64,000 nucleotides of DNA from Diadema antillarum (lineage: Eukaryota): NCBI RefSeq assembly GCF_040938485.1, contig NW_027273809.1:1-64000 (forward strand). Reading direction: 5' to 3'. Made by a program: the position numbers and the translations under genes. The notes beneath the pieces are model-generated. The model saw nothing but the letters and a program-made list of their open reading frames with translations. It did no database searches and was not told the DNA's origin. Below, in pieces: positions 39,701 through 51,700 of the stretch. Every line of letters begins with the position of its first letter. The first letter of the stretch is position 1.

Positions 39701-42700
39701 CACAACTAGTCAACTCAACTAAAGGGGTACTATAATTGCATTCACTTGACATATCCAACTAAATTCTATCACATGTATAAAAGTTCACCTACACTGGTAT
39801 GCCAAGCCAGGAAAGATGCAGATGCTGTCATAATTTTCCATACGGTTTATTGGTACAACTGTATCTATAAATATTTTTAACTACCAGCGACACTTCGGAG
39901 AAATCCTCTTGTTATGTTTTCGATAAACTGTAGCTTTATTCACATACGTGTGCTATTACAAGTTGGGTCATTGCTGCCTGAAATTTCAGCTAAGGCAACT
40001 TTGTATAGTTGCAGGGCAATTCACCAGTAAAAACACCCATATACGAACAACAATGCACATTACTGAATTATCTCTATAATTCTTTAAATCTAGGCACCTT
40101 TACTCATTATCTATTTGACAACCCCCATCAGGGTTTCAATTTCATCTGTCGTCTTCATTTTCGTGCCAATGATAAAATTTCATCACACATTTCTCATTGT
40201 GTGTGCATTCTCTATAGAATATCGAAACAAAACACATTACTTGCAAGATTTAGTTGTGGAACTAACTGAATTTCACGAATGTCTTCTAACAATGAAATTT
40301 ATTACAAATTAAAAAACCAAAGACCATGTGTAGTTATGAAAAACGTACCGGGAAGAAGGAGAAACACTAATTTGTCGATCACTGCACTCATGTTGTGGTG
40401 TGGTCAAAGTCTCTTCGTTGTCACGGTGATATTGTATGTGCCGGGTTTATCTACCTAACGATGTGCTTCCCGTCCAGCCAAGACGTCTCAACGGTCGTGC
40501 TCTTACTCATGGAGAACAGCAATCCGCTCACGTTCCTGCCAGCGTTTGTCATGCTCATCCAGCCAGGTCCATGGTAGTTTGGCTTTAAAGTTGTCATCAT
40601 CAGTCCTGTCGTCCTCCGTGTCATCTTGCCTCCAGTGTCATCTCCACGAGGAAAGTCCCCGCCCTGGATCATGACGAGATGGAACTTGCTACCTTGGTAT
40701 CCGCATACTTTCAAATGAATTGCAAGTGCAGCAAAGTTCTTTGTTGGCTTTGGCATCGATTTCAGAAGCAAATCAGAAACATTTCTCCTCACTTCCTTGT
40801 CGCTGGTCACGGGGTAAAAGAAACCATTTTCAGTGATCACTGTGTCTACCGATGATTCGATCCCCCTTTTGACATCTGATGATGTAACAAAGTAGACCAG
40901 AGCTACTGATGCCAACAACAGAAGAGTAAGGACCTTCATTGTCCTTGTGGTGACGGTTGTCATGCAGACTTTACAGCACACAGAAGTCGCCAGCCCTTGC
41001 CTTGTGGTCCATCTTGTTTGCAGGTTGTTGGCAGTGCATATCCAACGTCTTTAATTTTGTGGCATTTCAACGATGAAAGTGTTAGCGTTTCGATGGCATG
41101 TATAAGTCTAAATCCCACCGCTGCTCACCAGTGTTGCGTTTCGAACAAGAGTCAATGAATCGATCACACCAACATAAATCATTGCATTTCAAGAGAGCAC
41201 ATTTATTGGCGTCTTGACTTCAGGAGGACCAAATCCAGACTGACTCCCAAACAGGAGTTTTAGCTTGGCATCATTCCCAGCCAAGTATACAAACAATTAA
41301 CCAGTTGGCTACTTCCATAGTCATAGAAGAGATTAAATAAGAAACTAATACAGGTACAATCGGGCAATAGGGTGGTAATTGGAGGGAGGCATGGCTACAA
41401 CAATAGGACAAAGAGACATAAAGTTGAGACTATTACAAAGGGGTGACATCAAACGTCTAGCTACTAGGGAAGGACAAAGGATAGGTTCTTGCATGGTCAG
41501 TATAGTAGATGAGAAAAGGGCTACAATTACTGCTTTATTCTAGGCACCAACACTGAGCTTTTACGTGTGTGTCTTGGTTTCAATTAATACATAGGGGCTA
41601 ACTAAGCCCTCCACTTTATGACTTTAGGACAAAGGATATTCAATCTGTACAAGATATATGTGTGGGAGAATACTGATAAGAATTAGGACATTGACCCTGA
41701 CTATGAAGTGTAACCAGTATACAGGACAAGTTACTGACCTTAACAATATTTTGTAGCTTTTCATGGTGCCGAATGGCCAATGCTTTCCACATACTAGTAC
41801 GTATCAGTCATCTCCATCTTTAATGAATAATGTACATTACAGTAACTGAGAAATATTGGGGCAGGTATTATCATTTCTGCGCTTTCTGGAGCAATTAGGC
41901 CAAATGCTTTGGCGATGTCTTAGAAAATGAATATTTGGTGAAATTCCTTATCTTTCTACCAGACTACCAAAATGCATGTCCTTTGAACAAGTTTTCCGAG
42001 TTTCTCTTAAACTTTTTACTGAGTGTTTCACTAATCTGTGGGTAATCGCTGAAACCACAGCAAAGTTAAGTTCATTGTTTGAGACTGATTAGTGTCCACA
42101 AATCGATCTTACAAGCTGGTGAGACACTAGATGATATACGTGCCGATTTCGCAAGGGGGCTATTTCACTTTCTTTGTATGTCAGTTGTTCACAAATAAAC
42201 CTTTTATTCTAATGGAAATAAGAATCACAGTTGAAGGCCATAATCAACTAATTCAGGTGGTAGTTTGGATATCTTTCTTGCTGCTGTAGTTTTCGACGAT
42301 GGCACTGATGACTCAGAGCGCCCAGTTTCGTACATCTCACTTCGTGGGGACATTCTTGTATCCCTAGACGAAGATATCCTCAGTGGCTCTACCAACGAAC
42401 CATTCTATATTAGGTAAGATGTCTTACGCTTTTACCTCAACTTTCGATACAATACAAGAGATTGTGAAGTCTCTATTCCCCTACCGACATTCTAACAGTG
42501 AAATGTGGATTTTTAGAAAGATAATGCGTATAGAAACTAGAGGCCGCTTTCAGACAATGTAATTTCTGATATTACCTTGATCATAGGTGACACTGTGCCG
42601 TACATCTTTGTGGTCCAAGACACGAAAGGGAGGGGTAGAAAATACAATTTTCCAATTGCCACCTGGTCCAGCCATAATTCACTAAATTGCATGCGTTAGA

Positions 42701-45700
42701 CATACAATGCATAATTTTCAGAACTTGCTCATTCTGCTTATTCGCAGATCTTACATTAAGTTTTGCTCTCTTCAAAATCTCGACAACACAACAAGTAACC
42801 AATTTTGGTATGTAAATTTTTATGAACGTACGCAATATAGATTATTAAACTTTTGATATCGTAGTGCTGCAGGTCCCTTTATATATATATATATATATAT
42901 ATTTACTGGGCTTTTCTATTAGGCCTATTCCATATTGAAAAAAAAAATGGGCCTTTCAGAGGGAGTAAAGCGACAGAACGAGGTAGGGGTTCGGAGGGGT
43001 GCGGTTTGGGGCGCGGAAATTCGGTGGAAAGCAACGGAGGGTTACAGTTCGTTGTTCCGAAAGTTCGTTATTTTGAAGGTCCGTAATTCCGAGAATGAAA
43101 TAAGGTGTGTAATTCCGAAATGAAATAAAACCTCATTTAGTGAAAAAATACGGCCTTATTACAAAAATGGAAGGATGTCTTCTAATGAAGACATACACAC
43201 ACACACATAATAAATATCTATATAATATACACATGCACGCACAGACATGTAGAAAACACGCACAAGCACACATGATACACACACTTTGTGACGTACTGGA
43301 ATACAGTCATAATCTGTAATTGTTATTGATAATATATAAAAAGTAAAGTATATTCCTTCTCCTGAGTCCTCCTTATAAGCACCCTTCCCCTCTCCCACAG
43401 ATCATCAGGATGAGCCATACATGACATATAAACAATATCATTAGAGGTCATTAAAAGGAAATTTATTCAATTTCCCGACCAACGAACCTTCGGAATAACG
43501 ACCTTTATTTGATATTCGGATGTATAAACCTTCGAAATAACGAACCCTATTTCATTTTCGGATTAACGAACCTTTGGACTAACGAACCCTATTTCATTTT
43601 CGGATTTACAAATCTTCGGAAAAATGAACCTTCTAGATAACGCCACAATTAAATGTTATTCACGTGTGATTATAATCATTATTATGTTTGTATATATTTT
43701 CGTGTGTAACTGGACCACACTGCCACCACCCAAAGAAAAAAAAATCACCCTTCAACATCATGTAAAGCATTAGTTTAGTAAAGAAAGTAATTGAATGAGG
43801 TAATTAAATCATCCTATATGCAGGTATCACCTAGAACAGCTGTCTATAGGTCGAGAGGAGGAGTCGCCCTTACTCTCCATTGATGAAGTGCAGTACAAAC
43901 CTGTTCAGTACATTCGTTTTCAGACCGAACAGGGAGAGCCAGGCCGCTGGACATTTTATAACGTGCTGGTAGAGAGTGCAGGTAGGACCCCATTTCCTTC
44001 CTTCACCATTTAGGCCCCCTACCATTTTCCAACCCATGCATTCACTTTCATCGACAAACTATTAGACAAGTTAAAACGGGCTGCAGTATACAAGTAAACT
44101 CAACCTCCAAACTCTTACTACATTGAGAATAAATGGATAGCTGGACGCTGGATAGGCTTGTATGATTGTTGTCTGCCTCTGGCCGGAAAGACTTTTGGTG
44201 TAATAATCTCTTAAAGGTATTATTTTCCATTGGGAGTAGTGATTTAAGAAATGTTCGAGTTATCACATTTGAATCATGATGTATAGGTCACAAAACATCA
44301 TGTTGTATAAAACTTTCGCAATAAAGCCTTAAAAAGAAGAAGTTATCACTGTCTTTCTCAATAAACCCATAACTTTATTCTAGAAACAATTTTATTATAG
44401 CTATTGTTCACATTTTGTATATTTAACAATATTTGACATTGATTACACTAATTGACATTTCTACATTGGTTGTCTCTATTCCTAGCTCACATTAGAACTA
44501 TTTTGAAGCACATAAACTGGATTTTTGTTTTATCCGCAAATGGTGAATAATGTCTTTAAAACTTGTAATCAAACGATTAGATAGAAATGGCAGGCCGACA
44601 CTTGGAATGTACACTCTGCTCTTAGGGAATTTAAAAGTGTACGTGATTGTCAAATTTGTCATCGCATGAAACATCTTACAAATGTAATGTCTTTTTTTTT
44701 TAATTTGTGAAGATGAACTGCATCCGTTTCACGAGAAAGCTCACTTTTACTCATACCACACCTCCGGGGATACGCAGAGGATATACCCCTTCTCACCACT
44801 ATCGTCTGAAGATTTCGAACTTCGTTTTGACGTGCTTACATCAGGAAATGCTTTTCTCGTCCTATCACCACTTCCCGTGGATCAAGAAAGCTACACGTTT
44901 AGTATGAAAATATTAACTGTGCTGCTTGAGATTAAACGTTCATAACAGTAATAATCAAGTAATTAATTATAAAATCATACATACATACATCTTTTAAGAA
45001 CTCGTTAATTGTAATACTCTACCAGGCATCGCTGATTACAGTGTACACCAACGTATAGTTTAAGTCATGAACAATGGATAATCATCACGCAGAATATTAT
45101 GATGATATATAGTCGTTAGTACAAATGTAAGTTTACGAACAGCAACATGATATGTGATTTTATCGATAATGCCATTTCAGTCATTGAATAAATAAAGAGA
45201 GAGTAAAAAGTCTACATGTTTACTGCGATTAGTTTTCGACCAGGTGGTCGAGGCGGAAAGATATTCATCTGTGCTTTTCGACGAGAAAGCCATCGATCAA
45301 CATGAATCCAACTTCCTGTCAACTGAGGACTACGCCAGTTTATACATCAAAAAACAAGAAAAGAGTCTGATTGTGGGAAGGGTTGGCGAAGACCCTATTT
45401 TAGAGGTACCTTTTATTATTTTGCAGTAACTGCTGCATCGTTATTGATAAATAAGTCATTTTCTATTTTTCGTTAAAGATTCTCTTAATCAATTCAAATC
45501 TTATCATTTTGTGCTTTACGACGGATGGAAACACAAAAGATTGGTTTCCATCACTAAAGGTAGATGCAAAATTCTTTGGATAAAATCGGACATGGAATGG
45601 CTGTTCTTCCAGGGAGAATAAAAGCTAATGCCAATTTCATTTTGCCCTCTTACATGGAATGTAACAGGAATAAAAACAAATTGTTTGAACAGCGTTGGCA

Positions 45701-48700
45701 TTAATTTAAAAGTGGCTATTTAATTTACACATCATGTCAAAGCATAGGTGTGATTGCCTATTATTTGTCTCAGCCTGAAATTCCCCATCAACACTGTCTT
45801 TTTTTCTTTACAAATCAATCCTTGATAATTATGATGGGTTTTACAAAAAGCATTGTCAAAATAATTTTTGTTTGTTTTTCCTCAGATAACATCAATTTTC
45901 GCTGTCATGAACTATTGTACAACACCATATAAAAATTATAAAAAACAAAGTAATATATAATCAAATAAAAACAAGAGATGAATTTGAATTAGGAAACAAA
46001 GAGAAACAAAAGAAATTCTACTATCTGGGTGGTAATGAATGTATATTATCTCTTATATGCTTGAGCAAGCATTTTCCAACTTTAAATTACGTATTGTCCA
46101 AACATACATTTTACATCACCTTTCTACAATATACAAGTAGAAAAAAAAAATCTTCGCCGGTTTATAACCAAAATGCCAAAACAAAAAACAAAACAGAATT
46201 TCGGAAAATTAGCATATATGCATAATAATTAATGGGATGACTTGAGAATATCATAAATTTGACTGCGAATTATTGTGAAATACATGTTGGGACACCACAC
46301 CGGTACGTCGAGTTTTGTCCGATTGGTCTGTAAATGGTGGAGATGGGAGGGGGGGGGGGGACAAATTAGCCCCCACCAGGAGATGCAGTTTCAAAATAAT
46401 CCGGGTTATAATATATGGTTGAACGAGATTTCTCTTGTGAAGGATATTACTAGAATAAAAGAAGGGATGATTTACCATTCTATCATTATTGATCGGGTAA
46501 GAATCTTTCGAAACCCTTGTTACCATTGATGACCCTGATTTCAATTTATATGACGAAATTCAAATCACTGGTTGTAATGTTACCGAATGTTTGATTTGTT
46601 ATGTTATAACACAAGAAGTACATGTATATTCAAAACATTGAGATAATCTTGTACGAAGATACTTGACGGACAATTGACGGACGAATAGGAAGTAAAAGAT
46701 GATGGGACTTACTTGTAAGCCAGCAAACGTGTTTTCTCTTTAGGTTCAGGGTATAGAGAAGCCACTGCCACGATACATCAACTTCGGAAACCTGAAAGGG
46801 GAAACGTCAAAGTGGATATTCTACAATGTTTCTCCAGCTGCAGAAGGTTGGAACGCTTGTGTTTAATTGATATGATTGTACATGTTTTGTATGACCAGCA
46901 TGCCAAGGGTAATATGCGAATTTCAAAGTTCGACAAAGCAAAGGAAAAATAGAGAATACATTTGAACCAACACATTCAGACAATTATTGTGTATCGATAA
47001 ATGTATATATCCTTTTACGCTTCATTCGGTAGTTCATTAATATCACATATTTAAAGCGCCGTATAGAATCTGAATCATTCAGTTGACAACAATGCCAAAC
47101 CTGATTTGGTAAGAATTTGACATAATATTATATGTGATTTTATATACTAAAATACTTAAAGTTACATCAGATAAAGCAGGAATTGTACACTGATGAACAT
47201 ACCCGACAAGGTATTAACTACACATGGGATTACACTAAAAGGATCAATCCACCATTCCCTCTAGAAGTCCTAATTTGCTCATGAAATCAACCTTTCAGGT
47301 GAAGTGCAGATATATTTGCAAGCCTCCGAAACGCCCGTCTATGACATCCGTATCCCGCCCGGCGACATCAAACTACATTTCACCGCACTCGTCCATGGTC
47401 GTACCTCCCTCCTGTTTTCCCCTGAACGAAAATTCGAAGCAACATCTGGCTACAGATTTGGTATGCTTATTATAACCGTTGACTTAATCATTGAATATTT
47501 GACTACATTGTTTTTGACATTTAATTGTATGATGCTATGAAGTCTGTACTCCCATCTTGTTCCCCTGACTGGAGAGATAAGGGTGAATACTAGAATTTTC
47601 TTCCAAACCAGCTGACAGAGAGTTTGCATAATTTTTTTTTTCGAAGGGATGTAATCATAGACTCGTAACAGGGAGACTTTAGTATTTTTTTTATGTATTT
47701 CAATTATTTAGCACATTTCGTTTCAAGCACATCGAGAAGTTTCATCCTCTATGAAGAGAAAATTCATTTTATGTTTTTCACCTATTTCTGTGTTTGTTCT
47801 TTCTTTGTTGAAAGCCATTGTTATTTATTTATTATTCACAAAGTTTTGAATCTGTCAAGAAAGAACCATGGTTATAAGTTTATGACTTTCATGTGATTTG
47901 TCATTTTGAATGTTCTGATAGCTTTCACAAACAGTGATATTCTCGGCACCAATCGTGTAGACGTGATACAAGACGGAGTGGCTATCGCCTCGTACTCAGG
48001 AGAGCGCCTTAGCCTCAGCGACTGTACCAATTTCTTTCTAAAAATCGTCGGAAGTGATCTCGATTTCGGCGTTGATGGCGAGGAAACGCCACTGTTTCAT
48101 CTTTCTGACATTGACCGGGACAGCTTTGTCTTCGTCGGTCTGCAGCAATCAGGGGACGGTATCGATATTTGGACCTTCTTTGGCCTGATCTACATCGGTC
48201 ATGAAGGTTAGCACTACAATTCATTTCATTTGTATTCTATTCAAAAATGTACTGATGGTATAGTCCAATATTTCCATAGGTTGGGACTTCTACAGCTTTC
48301 GCGCTACCATTCACCTGTCAGTAAATGCCACATATATATTGTATGCTCATGTAAATGCATGGGGATTAAACATTAGCAATGTGAAAATGTTGATAGAACG
48401 CGTCTGCCTTTTGTCTGTCTGTAGCTGCGTGGAATCTTCGCAAGTCCAGATCGCTTGTTTTTAGAAGTATTCCTTAAGATTAGATAAAGTAGCTATCACG
48501 TTATCATGTAGAACTTTTTTTAACATGTTATCTAATGATACCTAAAGTGTCACTCTCACCATGTGGTAACTGTCGATTGTAGGATACTAGGAAAAGTCAT
48601 AAACTTGTAGCAAAGCACGTAGAAACGTCGGCATCATCTAATGGTTGTTTCCAGGTTTGATTTTTTTTTCCTACGGCAAACCACGGTCGTTAGTCAACGC

Positions 48701-51700
48701 TGAGTTCAAAGTCTTAAAATCTTAAGCAGCTCTCATAGGATCTCACCGCGAATATCATGAATAGGTTCGTCGAGAAGGCGTGACGAAATAGTCATTCAAA
48801 ACAGTGGAGCAGACTTCATCGTGCCACGATCAATAAAGTATGGCTGATGGCTAAAATCTCCAAACAAGTTAGAAGTAAAATCACAATATCATTCAACTTT
48901 CAATATGTCGATAAAAAGTGTCATGGCAGATGAAAGGATAGTGAACCCAAATTTAGCCAAATATACATTGAAAAAGCACCGCTGATAGTGTCGGGGGAAA
49001 AAAAGTTCGAATCTTTGCTATTACTCCGAGGTTCGCTAAAGCTCCAATGCCTACCTCTTGTTCGGTTATTGGTTTTTTTTTTCTTTGCTTTTTACCCTCC
49101 TCCTTTATAAAATTCTCTCCTCTCTGTCCCGGTGCATGTTTACCTATAATTATATACGCTAACCACGTATACCATACCGACACCTCCAAGTAGCTAATAC
49201 TCAGCGGCCGTCGCAAGGAAGCCTCATAACACTCCATACTCTATCTGTACAGGCAGCTCTGGCATTCAAACAGTTTGTTAATCTGGTTTTGGACGCTTAT
49301 CAGTAACTCTTACTATTTTGGCAAACTTTTCCGTGATTTCATGCACAAATATCATCCTTTATTTAGTGGGTTGCGTATTGCAATGGACATTCTTATCAAA
49401 GTACACATAATCAGCAACGGTCACTATTAGTATCATACGAATCATGTTTTGAGTGAATAATTTAGGAACTGCAAACCTTTCCCTGTCACTAGTATTACAA
49501 CACTATGATAATTTTATACAAACGACACAATATTTTGGATTTCACTAAAAAAGATATGAAAGTGTGTGGGTCAATGGGAGACTTGTGAGACCATGGCAAA
49601 ATCAGCTCATCTAATTTGCATTTGGGGGGGGGGTGGTTGCCACCGACAACGCTGTTTCGTGGAGACATATAAAAGTGGGGGGAAAATACGGCAGTTTTCG
49701 TGCGTTCGTCAAAATGTACTTAGAAACTCATCACCCAGTCTAGTGGATCTTATTTTACTCTTCTTATCAACGTTAATCTGGATATAGTGTCACTTAGTCA
49801 TCTCACTCATGGCTGACGGCTGATGAGTCGTCTCGGTTGGTGTCACAGAACAAAATACCTTTCATTGCTCTTAACAAGTGAGAAACATATGAAGCGGAGC
49901 GCAGGTTGCCACCCGAATGTCGACTATTATAGGATAAAACTTGACGGTACGCCTGACAGCGCCTCCGTGATGACTTGACTGAAGTCAGGCGGTCACGATT
50001 TCTTTGATATTTGTCTTACCTTATTCAAATTCTCCTTACAATAGTATATGTTTCGGTTTTACCGCCTTCTTTTCGTCGGCATACTATATTCCTCTTTTCT
50101 TTTTCCTCGGACAATTCTTGAGCAGCTTTTGGATGTAAATTTTATGTGAATATACTTGTTTGCTTTCAAATCCAGAATACCCCGAAGAAACGACTTCTTT
50201 ACCACCTCAGATATTGAACCCAGCGTCCACGTTATCTCCTACCGAAGGACGGGTTTACACGAGATCCCCGCTTTCCGGACGACCCGCCGAAAGAGCATCG
50301 ACCCAACGCGGGGACACTGGTGATCATACTCCATCACCGCCTGCAGAGTCGGACATCAATCCAATAGTTGACGTATCAGGTAGGTACATAACGTGATGAC
50401 AATAAATCCTGCAAACATATAATCTAACATTACATATCACTGAAAGAAAAGTGGCATGTGATTGACAAATATTGACGACAATTTCATCTTCAAATTGTGT
50501 CTATTTTTAGAGTATTGTGCTCACTACATAGACCTAAGCACATATAGGGAGATGCCTGAATTTATCTCCTTTAATGTCAAAGAAAATATAAAGACTATCC
50601 TATCCAAATTAAAGGGTGTGTACAGTTCTGGTTGAGGTGAGGATTTAGCTTTTAACGTTTTGCGAGATATTCAGAAACCACTAATGAGATGTCAAAGAGC
50701 ATGCAATTCTAAGGGGTATCAAAAGTTTATTTGATAAAAATCGGTTTTGAAATGGTTGAGATATCCAAAAACAAGGTGAAACAAAGGGATCCTAATAAAA
50801 GGCGTGGCCTGTCGCCTTTTGTTGTTATCACTTTTTGGGATATCTCAGCCATTTGAAAACCAATTTTCATCAAATAAACGTTGAATCCTTCTTAAAATTA
50901 CATGCTCCCTCATATCTCATAAGAGTTTTCTCATTATCTCACTTATGAATGTCATACACCTGAATCCCCACCTCAACCATTACTGTACAGTCCCTTTAAT
51001 GGAAAGTGAAAGTGATTCAAAAAAATGTATATCTTCGTATATCACAGCAATAGAGAGCATATCTGTCTGACACTGATAACTTTGGTCTTGAAATTTTATC
51101 CTGACCAATTTCAGTAATTTGATATCTCTTTAATAGAGAATAACATGATATCAACATTAAATAATTACACGTCGTGGAATTTACTGTGAACATATTCAAA
51201 GAAGAAAAACAAAGTCTGAAGTCCTAAGATATTAAACCTCTTATTTTTTTTTAAACACAGATACATGTATTTCTTGAAAAAACATTGTCCTAACCGTCAA
51301 TTTATACTGCGTTATTTTGCAGAATAGTACAACAAATGATTGTAAAAAATAAATATCTCATGGAATCTAATCCCTCTCAGTAATAAACAATCATATCAAT
51401 ATACACGTACTTCTCAAAGAACCTTTAAAGACACTGAGCCAAGAGACAGAAATTTAAGCTTGGAATCTAAGTCGTTTGTGTACGTAATAGACACCTGTTT
51501 ATGTAGGCCTATGTAAGTATGTATGTATGGATGCACGCACAGGATATGTATACACTGTATATTACATATACATACATACGTACATACATACATGTACATA
51601 CACACAAAACATTAGGCGGTTTGTCACATGTCTTAAGCCATTTCTCTATTCACGTTGTCATTCACCAGTGTCCACCGTCAATGTGACGACAAACGGCCAT

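Larger units (their letters stand above)
37860..41745 (-). mobile_element. non-autonomous LTR retroelement (3886 bp, no gag/pol) carrying a cyclophilin-B-derived cargo
   Basis: Two direct LTRs with TG...CA ends, 4-bp TSD ATAT (37856-37859 and 41746-41749), PBS at 41111-41130 and PPT at 38473-38486. No gag, RT or integrase motifs in the 2.66-kb interior. Confidence 0.95.

Noticed and set aside
39573-40018. Self-cleaving ribozyme (hammerhead, twister or HDV, as in retrozymes)
   Set aside because: CUGANGA/GAAA cores, twister pseudoknot residues and HDV topology were not found by eye; kept only as a structured motif.
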